A stretch of 64,000 nucleotides of DNA, taken from NCBI RefSeq assembly GCF_036321535.1, contig NC_087452.1, forward strand, positions 41,664,001 through 41,728,000. The letters run 5' to 3'. The DNA comes from Camelus dromedarius. Lineage: Eukaryota. The position numbers and the translations under genes are program-made. The notes below the pieces were generated by a model, which did not search any database, was not told the origin of the DNA, and worked only from the letters and a program-made list of their open reading frames with translations. Within the stretch, counting starts at the first letter, position 1. Each line of letters opens with the position of its first letter. Of this stretch, positions 24,501 through 36,500 are shown one piece after another.

Positions 24501-27500
24501 AAATAAAAAAAATAAAATACTAGGAGACTATGTGGGTCACAGTCAGAGAGTGGGGAGATCTTTCTAAGCATGACAAAGTTCAGGAGCCTTTAGATTAACT
24601 AAAAGGCTAAGATAAGAGGAACAAATTTCCCTCTGTAAAATTAAACTTCTTTGTGGCCAAAATGATTATAAACAAGGCCAAAAGACAGATCATAAATTTG
24701 GAGGAAAGTGCTAATTTCCCTGAAGTTTAAACAGGTAACAGTAAAAAATCTAGAAGAAATGAATGGGGAGGAAGAAATACATATGGGCAGTAAATTTGTA
24801 ACAAGACATTCATACTCACTGATGAAGAAATGAAAGCCAAAGCAATAAACTGATACTATTCTTTACTTTCAGAATAGCAAAGATTAAAATACTGATAATT
24901 ACCACTTTTGATAAGGGAATGGGCAATCCCATACACTCTTGGTGGGAATGTAAATTAGGTTTTCAGAGGATAACCTAGCTTTAATCTACTAAATACGTAA
25001 AAATATATCCTTTGATCTAGCATTGCCATAACTAGTACCCGATCACCCAGATGACAGCTGTGAATTAACTTGGAGAAAAAACAGTGCTATCAGAGTATCA
25101 GAGGTCAGGCGAGAGGTGCCACCTGTTGAATGTCAACACTTCTGCAGAAAAAATACATGAATCTACTTCACAGCAAGATTAAACAGAGATCCCTGGTATC
25201 AATCCCACTGGGTATCCTACTCGAACACTGGCTAAGAAGTCGTGCTGATTGATCCATCTTTTTGATCAGTTTCCCAACAAAGCCCAACCCTCAACCCTCA
25301 GGCATGCTGGCAAAGTCAGAATCACTCCACAAACCCCTGCAACTTGTTCATCAATGAAGAGGTAAAGTTGTGAGAAAAATGAAATTATCAAAAATTTTTG
25401 GGGGCGATTTTTAAGTGACATGCATGACCAAATTTGGAGTCAGCCTGTACTAACGAAATCCATCATTCCTTTCAATGTAAGATCGCTGTATCTCTTGAAT
25501 GTTCCCAGAATATATGTGGAAAAGGTCCAAGGAAAGATAGCTGATCAGATTTGAATCAGACAATCTGAATCAGAGAATCTGGATGGATTAAAATATCAAT
25601 TTATGGACACCTTTAATAATCCAAACCCTAAGGACATAGTATTATGAAAGATCTCACTTGTTTTTATTTATTTGTTTTGTTTAGGGGGAGGTAATCAGGT
25701 ATGTATGTATTTATTTAAATGGAAGTACTAGGGATTGAACCCAGGACTGCACACGTGCTAAGCACGCACACTACCACTGAGCTATACCCTTCCTCTGAAA
25801 GATCTCGTTTGATACGGACATCTCAATTGCAAATTTCTTTTGGGAGCTGATCATTGGTCTGCTTCCTGCTGACTGGCCTCAGGCTACTCAGCTCCGCTGG
25901 CAGAGCAGAGGGGAGAGAAGGAGCTGTGGGGTCGGCGGCTGTCTGAGGGGTGGCTGGTCCAGCCTGTGCTGGGGCCAAATGTGGGTGCAGCTAATGCACA
26001 AGTGCACTGGTTTCAGCCAAATTCCAGGATTGAAAACAGAAGTTGGTGGCCCAAGGGAGTGCCTGGCTGGGCAGGGTCTCAGTACAGCTAGGCTGTGGGA
26101 GTCAGGGGTGGGTGGTGGTGGTCCTGCAAGTTCAGGGCAAAAAACTGGGGTAGTGTTTCTTATCACAGGGCCACAGCCAAGCTACTGACACTGCTGAACA
26201 GTCAGAAATGGTCTGCTCCCCTGGGATGGAAGCCTTGTGAACCCAGTTCCACTGGGACAGAACCTGTTGCAAAAAACCCTCCTGGGGCAAAAGTAAGTTT
26301 TCCCAGTCTATGGAGCGCAGGAGTGTGGCCTCAGTTTATTCAGAGACATGGAGGCCCTTCGCAGAGAGAAAGGTGAGGATTTGGTGAATAGATGCTGGTT
26401 GCCCTGCTGTTCCTGAGAAAGGAAACTGTACAGAACTTCCTGCTCAGTTTAAAATGCAGCTTCATTTTTTTTTTTAAAAAACAGAACAGACCTGTTTATA
26501 CCACATGATAAAAAGTCAATATAAATAAGAACATTAAAAAAATCTTTTATGTTAGTAGGCCCAAAGCTACAAGATTCTATGAATGTTTAAATAAAACCAC
26601 ATATTCTATCACAAATAAAATATACATACACTTGGTATGGGAATGACCTGCCTCTGGTCACCCTAGAGAAAAAGAAAAAAAAATCATTGTCAGGTTTAAA
26701 GAGAAGTAGATCATATACTCAAAAGAAACTTCAAAGCACTCCTGAGTACAGCAGTCATGTGATTTTGCATTCTCTGCACCTTGGTGGTATTTAATGAACA
26801 CCCAATATATTCCACAGTCAGAGCATTGGGCTCACTCTGCCTCCCAAGGTCCCCCCCTTCCCTGACATATCAGGCCGGGTTCCTGAGGCTCATAAACCTT
26901 CTTTTTTATTTAAATAGTGCCTCCTTTACTCCCAGGAGTTTAATCTTTAATTGAAACATGAAAATGAAAACCCATACTATACTTCGATCCATGAATTCCT
27001 CTGATGACCGGCTTGATTCTTCTTTTAAGTAAGTTTTTCCCTGAGAAACTAAATATGCAGGGAAAGGAAGACAGTGTTATCAGATTACAAGGAACCCCAT
27101 GGCCACCTCTGGTCCTCTTTCCAGGGCAGGAAAGGTGCAAGGAGTTCCCTCCGAAGCCAGAGACATGGGACAGCTTTCCCATTAAGGGGAATAAAGCCTG
27201 TATTTATAGGGAGTGCTAAGAAAATTCAGGCCCCAAGAAAGGGCCTCAACCATTCCTCATCCCCAGAATGCCAGACATTCCAAACCTGAGGGAAACACTT
27301 CATTTTAGCATCATTAAGAAATGCTAATAAAAGAACAAGTGTATCTCCATTGAGAATTTCCAGTTTCTGTGCTTCTTTTTTAGATGGTGGATGGGAGGTA
27401 ATGAATTGCATGGTCATAGTCCCTGATAAGGAGACTGATAAGGAGACTGATAAGTCCCTGATAAGGTTTCACACCTCCCATGTCGCAGGATCTGTGAAAG

Positions 27501-30500
27501 TGTATCCATCTCCACTGAGGGGGGGTCACTGGAGACAGGGGTCTCATGGGAAGAAGCCAAACCTGACTGTCAACAGTGGCAGGTGGCTGGCACCTTTCTA
27601 AGCTCTGTTCTGCCTCTAAGAACCTTTCAGCAACTACTTTTTTTAAAAAAACTTTATTAATGGAGGTACTGAGGATTGAACCCAGAGAACCTCATACATG
27701 CTAAACACGTGCTCTACCACCGAGCTATTACCCTCCCTGCAGCAACTTCTTGATGATCTCCAGCCCCTGGTCATCACCTCTGCAGCATAACAACTACCGT
27801 TTCCTCCTGAGATGATCGTGAGGGCTTTTTCCTTCCTCACGACACCTGGGGCTTGTCCTAAGGATGCAGAAACTGCCTTTGGCCACGATTCAAGGCAGAG
27901 CTCTGCTGCTCTCCAACACAATGGCACAATCAAACCAAATCTCAGTTTTCAAGAATTTATGCAGAGAAGTTCATTTCAGAAGCTCTTAAATAATATTGTT
28001 CCCAACATCTGGAGCTTGATGGGGGAAGATTTTACACAGAAGCTCACAAGCCCATTGGGTCACTGTGGAGCAGGGCTCTCAACCCTGCACTACTGACATT
28101 CGGGGCCTGGCGGCTCTTTGCTGTGGGGGCCGTCCCACACGTTGCAGGACACTCCACTGCAGCATGCCTGGCCTCCACCCGCCAGATGCCAGGGGAAACC
28201 CTAGTAGAAGGGGTTTCTCCTGACATCTAGTAGTGGCAATTTAAAAACTCCCAAATGTTCGCTGGGGGCAAAGTCGTCTCCAGTTGAAAACCACCGCACT
28301 AGTGGGAGAGGGTAAGCACCTCCAACACAAAGGTGCACCTTCAGATGAGGTGAGCACATCAGGGAGGTGAGAGATGATAACACCAGACGGCTAGTTTGGA
28401 AGGGCTTGACAAAATACAGACCACGACCAATACTCTAGNNNNNNNNNNNNNNNNNNNNNNNNNNNNNNNNNNNNNNNNNNNNNNNNNNNNNNNNNNNNNN
28501 NNNNNNNNNNNNNNNNNNNNNNNNNNNNNNNNNNNNNNNNNNNNNNNNNNNNNNNNNNNNNNNNNNNNNNNNNNNNNNNNNNNNNNNNNNNNNNNNNNNN
28601 TATTAGTGAGTGTCCAGTAACTGCCTTCACCCTGTCCTCGCCCTTAGAAGTCCTTCATGGTCTCTGCCCTTGGGGTCTTCTGGATGTCAGCTCCTCCTAG
28701 CCTCTGGCCAGGGGTTGCAGACACTTTTAGTTTGGGCAACTGGATAAGACAGTTAGGTAATACAATAACGGCAGCTATAAGTCACAAGCGCCAAGTCCAA
28801 ATTAAGATGTGTTGTAAGTGTAAAATATATACCAGATTTTGAAGAGTCAGTAAGATAAAAGAATGTAAATTTTATTTCATTAGTAATTTTATTCTATTGG
28901 ATATATTGGGTTAAATAAAATCTACTATTAAAATCCATTTCATGTTTTTAAAAAAGATTTAAAAAAAATGAGGCTACCAGAAGAACTTAAATTACGTATG
29001 TGGCTCCCACTCTATTTCTATGGGACATTGTCACAGAACATAAAGCCCAGCCAACTCGTGATAAACATTTAACATGAATGACAAATAAACCTGCATTGCT
29101 TTAAGCCTCTGAGGATTTGGGGTTGTTACTGTGGCATAACTCAACTCACACTGACTAGTACATCTACTCAGTAGTCACTCCTCTTTTCTCCTTTGTGAAA
29201 AGAGCTCTGATTTTGTTGGGAGCAGGAATCTGCAGCTCTAAGTCCTTCCCCTTTCAGGAGGGCAGCCATGTGGCAAAGTTCTGGCCAATAAGACACAAAC
29301 AGAAGTCTCCTCGGGTTTCCTGTGAAAGCATTTACTTTCCATCAACAGGACGGACCTGGCTATTGCTACTCCTACCTCTCTTCTTCCCGTAAACGTAGAT
29401 ATGCTGTCCGAAGACTGTGACTTTGAGATAATAAACATGCGTGAGGATGAAGGCAAAGCTGCCAAGGACAGTGGAGGAGAAAGATCAAAAGACACAAGAA
29501 CAGAGAGTCTGGGTCCCTGATGGCATCACCAGGTATCTAAACTAAAGCCCAGCAACTGCCAGAATCAGGCTTTTCACATGAGAAAAACAATCTCCTATTT
29601 GTTTAAGTTATTATTTGTCAGTTTTCGTTTACTTGCTGCCAAAATCATTCCCATCTGATACAGGTATATTATTGGAAACAGCATCCAGATGAATTTGTCC
29701 AGCCAACTGATACAGTCTTTGCCTTCTGTTAGGAGAATTTGGTTCATTAAACTTGGCTTTATGCCTACTCTTTATGTTAGGTTTATTACTTATTATGTTA
29801 TTTTTCCCTTTTCTTAATTTTGAAGTCTGGTTCACAATTCTGCTTATTTCCCCTTTCATTCTCTGTACATTCTTGAGGATCTATTTTCTTTCATTTAAAA
29901 AAAATTTAATGTCTATCTTCTCTGTTCTTACGTTCCTTTTTCTTTTTTGCGGGGGGGGGGGGAATTTATTTTATTTATTTATTTTTAGAGGAGGTACTGG
30001 GGATTGAACCCAGGACCTTATGCATGCTGAGCACGTGCTCTACCACGTGGGGCCCCCTTGAGAACCTATTTTCTTTTCTTTCTTTTTTTTTCTTTTGTGT
30101 GTCATTTCTTTCATTCCTTAACACTTACATGTGTATTTTCTATGAACAAGGATAACTCCTGTGCAATGTTAATTCCATACCCCAGTACAATGATCAAATT
30201 TAGAAAATTTCACATTGATATATTTCTCTTACCTACTTTCCATATTCCACTTTCATCCACTTCTTCCCATGATGTTCCCCCGAAGCAGTTTCCTCCCATA
30301 TGAAAACCAGTCCAGTTTCACATTTTATATTTAGTTGTCTCGTCTGTTTAGTTTCCTCAATCCAGAATAGTTCCTCAGCCTTTCTTTTGGGTTTGCTTGT
30401 TTGTTTGTTATGACACCCACAACATATCTGAAGAATTCAGGTCAGTTATTTTATAGAATGTCTCTCAGTTTGGGTTTTTCAAGTTTCCTGATGATTGGAT

Positions 30501-32112
30501 GTGAACCTATTTTCGAATTATGCTACTGTCACAGTTCTACCCATAATAATTATATTTATTCCTATATTTTCTATACTTGTATCATGACTGAATATTGATT
30601 CATTAAGATTTTTTTTTTTGCCCCCTCTGAATCATTACATGTCTGAAACCATTACTTCTTTGTTTAACAGATAAATGATATCTTGGTCACATAGAGAACT
30701 TTAAATTTGTAACTTTTCTCTCAGTAGCCTGTAAACGTTTTTCCATAGTCTTCTGGCTTGTGGTATTGCTGATGGGAAGTTGGTGCTAATGTAAGTCTCT
30801 TTTCTTTGAAAACATCTTGTTCTGGTAGCTTGTAAGACTTTCTCTTTATACTTAAATTTCAGCATTTCAGCAGCATAACATCCAGGCGTGTGCTTCCCCG
30901 CCTGCCCCCGCTAATCCTGCTACAGACGTTCAATCTGCACATTCGAGCCTTCTTTCGGCTTAAGGAAAATTCCTTCTATTATTTTTTCTCTTTCTGGAAT
31001 TCCTATTAGCTGCATGTTAGGTCTCCCAGATGCCTCTTCCCCTCTCTCACAATGACCATTTCTCTGTTTCTGGTCTGAATTTCAAAATATTTCTTCCACT
31101 TGCTCTTCCAGAAAACTAATGCAGTTCTCAGTAGTGACTATTCTCACGCTTTTTCTTGGTTCATACATTAAATTTTTGTATTTAGAAATCAGGGGATCTT
31201 TTTCAAGTTCTGAAAGTTTTTTTTCTTTTTAATAGAGGTACTGAGGATTGAACTCAGGACCTCATGCATGCTAAGCATGCGCTCTACCACTGAGCTATAT
31301 CCACCCCCTCATAAGTTATTTTTGTAGTCAGAATTTATTTCTTGAAATATCATTTTCTGAGCAGTCTGTTGAAGTTTTCTTCTATCTCTTCCAGCAGTTT
31401 TACCTCAGTAGGGGCTTCACATGCTCATTGTTCAATGAGGACTTCCGCGGCAGTGGTAAACTGCGAGGGAGCACTGCAAGGCCAAGATGTCTCCATGGTC
31501 TAGCAGAGCCCAAAGTGACAAAGCACAAGAGACAGAGAAAGTCCCTGCACCACTGGGCTCCTCCAGGCACCAGAACTGCAAGCAATTCAGCTCATCAGTG
31601 AAGCCTTTCTGAGGGTCACGCACCTCAAGTGGGGACCCCAGGCTCCGCTGGCTGGCTGATCTCACAGGACTATACATTTCAAGTCTCTGTCCTAAGACTC
31701 CAAGAGAGGAAGCATTTTCCTCTGTTGGTGGCTCCCTGCTTCTCATTGAGTATCCGAAAGAATGAATCCTGTATCTACTCTTTCCCTAGGAGATGTCAGG
31801 AAAATTGGAGGCCATAATGTACTTCCCAGGCTCCACCTGCAGGCTCACGTGGGTTTATCCAGAGAGGGAACTTAAAGGGTCAGAGTCATGTGTTTGAGTT
31901 GTCATCTTCCCAGAGTCCTCTTCCTTACATTCACATGTACTTTTAAAATAATCTATTTTCTAACCACAAAAGTAATTTAAGCTTATTTTGTGAAAATTGG
32001 GAAAATAAAAAGAGAAAGAAAAAGAAATAAAGCAGAGAAAATCCTACACATAATCCTACCAATCTGATAATCTCTTCATATTTTGACATACATCATTCTA
32101 GTCTTATAAATG

Positions 32113-32166
<54 letters not shown>

Positions 32167-33594
32167 CACTCATGACCATATGTGTACTTATAAATATACT
32201 TGCCTACTGCATTTTAACCTTCTGCCTCTAGGAGATACATTGTGAGCCTTTCCCTGTATCCGTTATATCTATGAGACTTCATTTTTAACAGCTGCACACT
32301 AGTTGACTGTATAGTTATTCTACGTCTTTTACTGTCTAATGTTAATCATCAGGTTGTTTACAATTCTGCAATATTATAATCTATGCTGGAGGGTATCTTA
32401 GGGTTAAATCTTTGCATATCCATGATTATATCAACAACACGGAACTGCCTGGGTGAAGGAATAGGCACATTTTTAAGGTTTTGAGATCATACTGCCAAAT
32501 TTCCTCCCAGAAAGGTGTAGCCAATGTAGTGCTACCAATAACCAATTTATATCCTCTACTCTCTTACTACTCCCATGCCACACTCAAATATTACCTTTAA
32601 AAAATCTTTTCATAATTTGATAGACAGAAAAGGGTATCTCATTGTTTCAGTTTGCATTTCCTTGATTACTGACCATACTGAACATTCTTTCATGTTTACT
32701 GACCAACCGTATTTCTTATTTTGTGAAATGCCTGTTCATGTCCTTTGCTCATGTTATTTGGGACATAAAGTTTTAAGACTTTTGTGTCCTTGATCCTGAC
32801 TGTCTTCATAATGAATAATCTCCTTTGACTCAGTGATTTTTACCTGAAATTCTATTTTGACTGAGATGACTATTGTAACCCTTGCATTCCTTTTCTTTAT
32901 GTTTGTGTGATGTCTTTTTGCTCATTCTTTTACTTCGAACTGTTCTGAGTCATTCTGTTTCATTCTGTTAGACAGCATGTGGGTAGAATTTGTTCTTTCT
33001 AACCTATTGTGATATTCTGACTTAACATTTTTTATTTGATACATAGGAAAGAATATATAACAAATATATCTATTATCAAACAAGGTAGTTAAATTCATTT
33101 CTATTTTTTATTGGCTCTTTTCCAAGTCTCTGCTTCTCCTCTAGCCTTTCCATTTCTCTGTCTGCTCCTGGTTCTTTAACTCTCTATTTCATGCATTCAA
33201 CTTCTCATGGGAGAATGTTATAAAAATGGGAAGTGCCTTATAACTCGCATCAAGTATGTTCTTTAGTTGCTAAATGGGGATAACTGACATATCCTTTAAC
33301 CAAAAAAAAAAAAAAAAGGCTTTTTTGTAATTTCAAATCTTTAAGTAAGTGACTGCAGAGATACTGCCACAGATTCTTAAGGATGCTCATCAGGGCGGGG
33401 ACAGACATGCGGCTCCTGTGGTTCCGCATCGGCACTGACCTTCTGAAGCCCACCGTTCTCCTCCACCAGTGGCGGAAGCACACTGGGGCCGCTGCCTGGC
33501 GGGGCCTCCACATTGTAATCACGGAAGCAGCAGAAGAAGGAGCTGAGGATGCTGCGGCTCCTCTGTTTCTTCAGGCTGACGCTGCACTGGGATG
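6384..33594 (-). CDS. CTDSPL: CTD small phosphatase-like (SCP3/RBSP3), spliced CDS exons 2-8; 5'-partial (exon 1 outside window)
   Basis: Seven exons join in frame with canonical AG/GT: [27 protein letters not shown]...LQK|[11 protein letters not shown]|[10 protein letters not shown]...[12 protein letters not shown]|PISNADF...HQ|VYVLKRPH...LAK|YADPVAD...ENA|VPVQSWFDD...LCSR*. Near-identical to recalled human CTDSPL, with the HAD-family DxDxT motif. Confidence 0.98.
6791..7026 (+). mobile_element. 5'-truncated L1 3' UTR fragment with A-tail
   Basis: gggaactatattcaa...gctgtacaccagaaattaacaca...A-tail; 16-bp TSD agaaaaggt(a/g)gccaga at 6775-6790 and 7027-7042. Confidence 0.85.
7400..9050 (+). 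mobile_element. Old L1 (L1MC/ME-like) 3' region, degenerate
   Basis: AT-rich stretch resembling recalled old L1 3' UTR (e.g. gaaatcaccattttgcaa...gtaggcaaagatcatcaa). Confidence 0.5.
9098..9227 (-). mobile_element. tRNA-derived camelid SINE (Vic-1-like)
   Basis: Minus GGGGAGGGTACAGCTCAGCGG...GGTCCTGGGTTCAATCCCCAGTACCTCC with A and B boxes; TSD tgaactcattttttt at 9083-9097 and 9230-9244. Confidence 0.9.
9735..9890 (-). mobile_element. MIR SINE fragment
   Basis: MIR core cccatttgacagaggaggcaactgaggttcagtgaggttaaataactt. Confidence 0.75.
10031..10216 (-). CDS. CTDSPL: CTDSPL exon 7 (186 nt)
   Basis: cctgctttccag|TATGCA...AATGCA|gtaagt = [62 protein letters not shown]. Confidence 0.98.
10370..10900 (+). 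mobile_element. L2 fragment
   Basis: Pyrimidine-rich L2-like sequence (cttctcatatctaatccatca...cttggatcactctctc). Confidence 0.5.
11040..11170 (+). mobile_element. MIR fragment
   Basis: aaaatgggacagtaacaggtac...gcccagggccttgcgtacaactggcactcaa. Confidence 0.6.
12350..12431 (+). mobile_element. L2 3' end
   Basis: gtgcctagtacagtgcctgactcacagtaggtg...tgaatgaatgaa terminal signature. Confidence 0.75.
14244..14336 (-). CDS. CTDSPL: CTDSPL exon 6 (93 nt)
   Basis: ctgcctttgcag|GTGTAT...GCCAAG|gtgggt = [31 protein letters not shown]. Confidence 0.98.
15175..15630 (-). mobile_element. L2 fragment
   Basis: attcaattcaattca end; ccttgcccttgaagagctcacagtctag; ggaccttgaaggatgaagaggagttc. Confidence 0.7.
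16113..16189 (-). ncRNA. MIR26A1: pre-miR-26a-1 hairpin; mature 5p 16159-16180, 3p 16120-16141
   Basis: Minus strand GTGGCCTCG-TTCAAGTAATCCAGGATAGGCT-GTGCAGGTCCCAAGGGGC-CTATTCTTGGTTACTTGCACG-CGGACGC. Exact miR-26a-5p, complementary arms, in CTDSPL intron 5 and in sense with the host. Confidence 0.98.
17705..17761 (-). CDS. CTDSPL: CTDSPL exon 5 (57 nt)
   Basis: tttcttttctctccag|CCTATT...CATCAG|gtaaga = [19 protein letters not shown]. Confidence 0.97.
20777..20878 (-). CDS. CTDSPL: CTDSPL exon 4 (102 nt) with catalytic DLDET motif at 20798-20812
   Basis: ttttccccctttag|CCACCAGCT...TTTAAG|gtaaat = [34 protein letters not shown]. Confidence 0.98.
22928..22936 (-). other. Candidate 9-nt in-frame microexon of CTDSPL (ATCAGCATG = Ile-Ser-Met)
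   Basis: gtgactctcagtctgctcgcttttttctctctcag|ATCAGCATG|gtgagg, in a phase-0 intron; sequence signals only. Confidence 0.4.
24290..25030 (+). mobile_element. Old L1 (L1ME-like) ORF2 3' remnant
   Basis: Degenerate L1 ORF2-end similarity (attaaaatactaggagaa; acactcttggtgggaatgtaaattag). Confidence 0.65.
25656..25793 (-). mobile_element. Vic-1-like SINE
   Basis: Minus GGAAGGGTATAGCTCAGTGGTAG...CTGGGTTCAATCCC; TSD tgaaagatctc at 25645-25655 and 25796-25806. Confidence 0.9.
26630..26662 (-). CDS. CTDSPL: CTDSPL exon 3, 33-nt in-frame cassette exon
   Basis: ttttctttttctctag|GGTGACCAGAGGCAGGTCATTCCCATACCAAGT|gtatgt = [11 protein letters not shown]; not in the ORF track. Confidence 0.95.
27637..27737 (-). 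mobile_element. Vic-1-like SINE (short-tail type)
   Basis: tRNA-like head; TSD cagcaact at 27628-27635 and 27740-27747. Confidence 0.85.
28071..28296 (-). mobile_element. MER20 hAT-Charlie MITE
   Basis: Ends cagggctctcaacc / gttgaaaaccaccg; internal gctgggggcaaagtcg and gcctccacccgccagatgcc match recalled reverse MER20. Confidence 0.8.
28735..29030 (+). mobile_element. MER33-like hAT MITE
   Basis: gtgttgtaagtgtaaaat...ggatatattgggttaaataaaat...aaattacgtatgtggctc. Confidence 0.75.
29040..29661 (+). mobile_element. ERVL-MaLR (MLT1-type) LTR fragments
   Basis: Two MLT1-like 3' ends (aaataaacctgcattgctttaagcc...ctgactagtaca; tgtttaag...atctgataca). Confidence 0.7.
29940..30057 (-). mobile_element. 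Vic-1-like SINE, head partly deleted
   Basis: gaggtactggggattgaacccaggaccttatgcatgctgagcacgtgctctaccac. Confidence 0.85.
31220..31308 (-). mobile_element. Vic-1-like SINE (short-tail type)
   Basis: agaggtactgaggattgaactcaggacctcatgcatgctaagcatgcgctctaccactgagctata. Confidence 0.88.
32115..32162. repeat. (TG)24 microsatellite
   Basis: Perfect TG run read directly. Confidence 0.97.
33440..33594 (-). CDS. CTDSPL: CTDSPL coding exon 2 (155 nt, phase 1 start)
   Basis: Acceptor ctgtctctctttccag|CATCCCAG, donor CAGAAG|gtcagt; encodes (A)[51 protein letters not shown]. Confidence 0.97.
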
Positions 33595-36500
33595 CTGGAA
33601 AGAGAGACAGGGCACACTGCAGCCAGCGGCAGCGGGAACTCACAGCTGTCATGCAATGTGAAAACTTGAACATGCGGTCGCCCCGGAGTCCCGGGTACCA
33701 GGAGATCTACTCAGGCTAAGACCAGGGGCGCCGGGAAGTTTCTCTAAAAGATTGTTATGTGAATCCTAGAGGGACAGATGGTCGATGGAGCCCACTCCTG
33801 CTGGCTGGACAGAGTTCCTCTGACCTCAGCCCAGTGGGGGAATGCTTGCTCATTAACTGACCCATCCTTGGGTCAGGCGCCATCTGCATTCCTGAACTCA
33901 GCAGATTAAGTCTTCCAACCTTGCACTAAGCGCTACTTCAAAACACAGATCCTTTCAGGCACAAATCAGACTTGACACTCCCTGAGAAGCACTCCTCTGT
34001 TAAGGGCACCAAGGGAGAGTCACTTTGAAACTGTGTTCCTGGACATTCTCTGCTCACCGTGGAAAGAAAGGACTAACTTCATGGGTTAAGAATAAGACAT
34101 GTGAAGGCACAAAGCAGCTCTCTTTGCCAAGAAATTGATGAGGGTCTGGACCCACAGAGCCCAGGGCTGAAGTCTTCTATCACCCTACAAACAGAAACAG
34201 CAGGAGATGTGGCAGAGAACATCAGGGCCGGCCAGGACAAAGCCCATCTTCGTGCGACCCGGGGCAATACTGTGCCACGGACTCATCCCCTGTCCTGTCC
34301 TGGACTAAGTCTCCAGAGGGAGGGCTGGATCCTTTCTGATATCCAGGGCTCTAGACAAGCTGCCACAAGTCAGAAATAAAAGGCAAAAATTAGTACAGAT
34401 GAGAAACACACCTAAGGGGAGGAGACTGACAACTTGGAGGTGCTGGGGCGTTTTGCCTGGGAATGCAGCCGGGGCTGTCCCACCACATACCACATCTGGG
34501 TGGGTCAGCGGCGCTGAGTAGAGACCACAGGCAAAAGGCCCTCGCTCGGGGTTAATGGGAAAATCACTACTGGAGGAAATCATTAAGTCCACATGATAAC
34601 TGCTGGAGTTTATCTCCCACAAAGCAATCCTGGCATGATTCCTTTTTGTACACTCGAGTGATCTGTATAGTGATTTTGTACACCTTCTCTCTTAAAAGAT
34701 CACAGAATCTTTGGTTAGAGTCTTGGGGGTACTCTTCTGCCAGCAGCAAAACCAAATGCATTCCGATGGAAATTCTGAAAAAGACTGAAAGGCTGCTTTG
34801 CCAGCAACTCCACAAGCACCGATGATCCTGAGCCTGGGTTCAGGCACGTGGCCCAGTCAGTGTGAGCGAGAGATCCTCATTTGCTAACGATGAGCTTTAG
34901 AACCACACGTCCCTGGAAAAACTGGCTGTTCTATCTTCTTTGTGGATCTCCGGGGGCACATCCCAAGGCACCCGTGTCCTCATTTCAGGCCCCACACGCC
35001 AGGCCACCGGGCACAGCGGCCTCCCACGCAGCAGCGGTGGGAGCGATAATGCGTGCTGTTTACCGGGGGACCTCCAGGTTCCAGGACTTTGCCATCCTCC
35101 TCTCAGTAACCCTCACGGCTACCCCGGGAGATAGATGTTACTGCTTCCATTCTACTGCCGAGAAAATACAGTGAGTGATTGTGTGTGTGCCCAGGTCCAA
35201 ACCCAAGTGGGCCCGTTTCCAGGGTGGGTGCTTTCCCTGCTCACATGCTGAAGACAATCTGGAAACAACTTAGGTCAGCCTGAGAAGTAGGGAACATGCC
35301 AAGTGGGGAGAAAAGCACTGCAATAAACTTATACTGAACAGAAATGACCGACTCAGCTGTCTTGTTGTGACTTTGGGTGTTTCTGTTCTTATGCCACACT
35401 CAAACAGTTTATCAGAGGCAGGAAAAACTGTCCCTTCCCCGGCTGATAGCACATCTCTCTGCAAGGAAACAAGCTGGGTGTTCGGAGACACAGAGCAGTC
35501 GACATGACATGCAGGCTGGGCAGTAAACAGCTCGGCAAAATGCACCTTCCCAGATCCTGTTCTCATCCTCAGATCACATCCCTCTTCCCAGTAACTAACT
35601 TAACATGCTAAAAAAAAAAAAAAAAAAAATCCTGAATCTGGAGCCAGCGAGCCACTGAGACTTTCCACCATATGACTATCTGCTGTGCAGCAGCTCCAAA
35701 TAGACCTGTGGGATGACTACTAGCCAAGCCACCTGGCAGGATCCGGCAGCTCACTCAGGTTCTCCCCTCTCTGCAGGAAGAGCTGAAGCAGCCCAAGTGT
35801 CTCGTGTCCAGGGATATGGGAGGGTCCAGGCCTCCTTCTGCTAACTGAAGTCAGTACTAGGGTCTGCAGGAACCTCCAGGAGGCTGAGGTCTTTCTAATT
35901 GTGGGTTGGGCTGGTGCTCTCAAAATTAGGCTAGCTGGGAAAATGGATGGACTTGCTCAGGACCAGCGAGTGCCTCACCCCACCCTTGGCACTCACTGTT
36001 CCTGGAAGGTCAAGGTGGGGCTGTCTGGGTCTCATGACACTGCCGCCTTCCACCCCAGCTGCTGCCTCTCCGCCAACTATAATCCGGAAGGCCCTTCATT
36101 TGCTCATAACTTCTGGGAAAAGGGTTTCAGCTGATACATAAAATCAAAATCTGTATTTTAATGGACAAATGTTTATCTTTTAACATTAGATCAAAAAAAT
36201 CTAGATAAACAGTTGTACATCGGACTTCATCATAACCGTGCAAGACAAATGAAAAGAGACTGTAACAGGGAAAAGACTGGCAAAAATACATTACTGTGTA
36301 ACAGTAACTGTCAGACTCTGGGTATTTATGTTTCTCCCTTCTCTATTTTCCAAATGTTTGATGGTAATTTTACTCTAACAATGGGGGAAAAAAATCATCT
36401 TGTTAAGCTTGATTTCAGGAACTTTGTAAAGCTCAGGAGAAACCACATCTTAGCCCTAAACCTGAATCTTTAGACTTACTCTTTTGCTTTTCACCCTGCC

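Larger units (their letters stand above)
30100..33250 (-). mobile_element. Mosaic of old degenerate L1 fragments
   Basis: T-rich stretches with L1-like motifs (atctcattgtttcagtttgcatttccttgattact; ttttccatagtcttctggc); boundaries uncertain. Confidence 0.45.

Noticed and set aside
25040-25620. Complex, repeat-free stretch suspected of being a processed pseudogene or transposase relic
   Set aside because: The frames I translated gave short, unrecognisable peptides; no tail or TSD. BLASTX or Dfam would decide.
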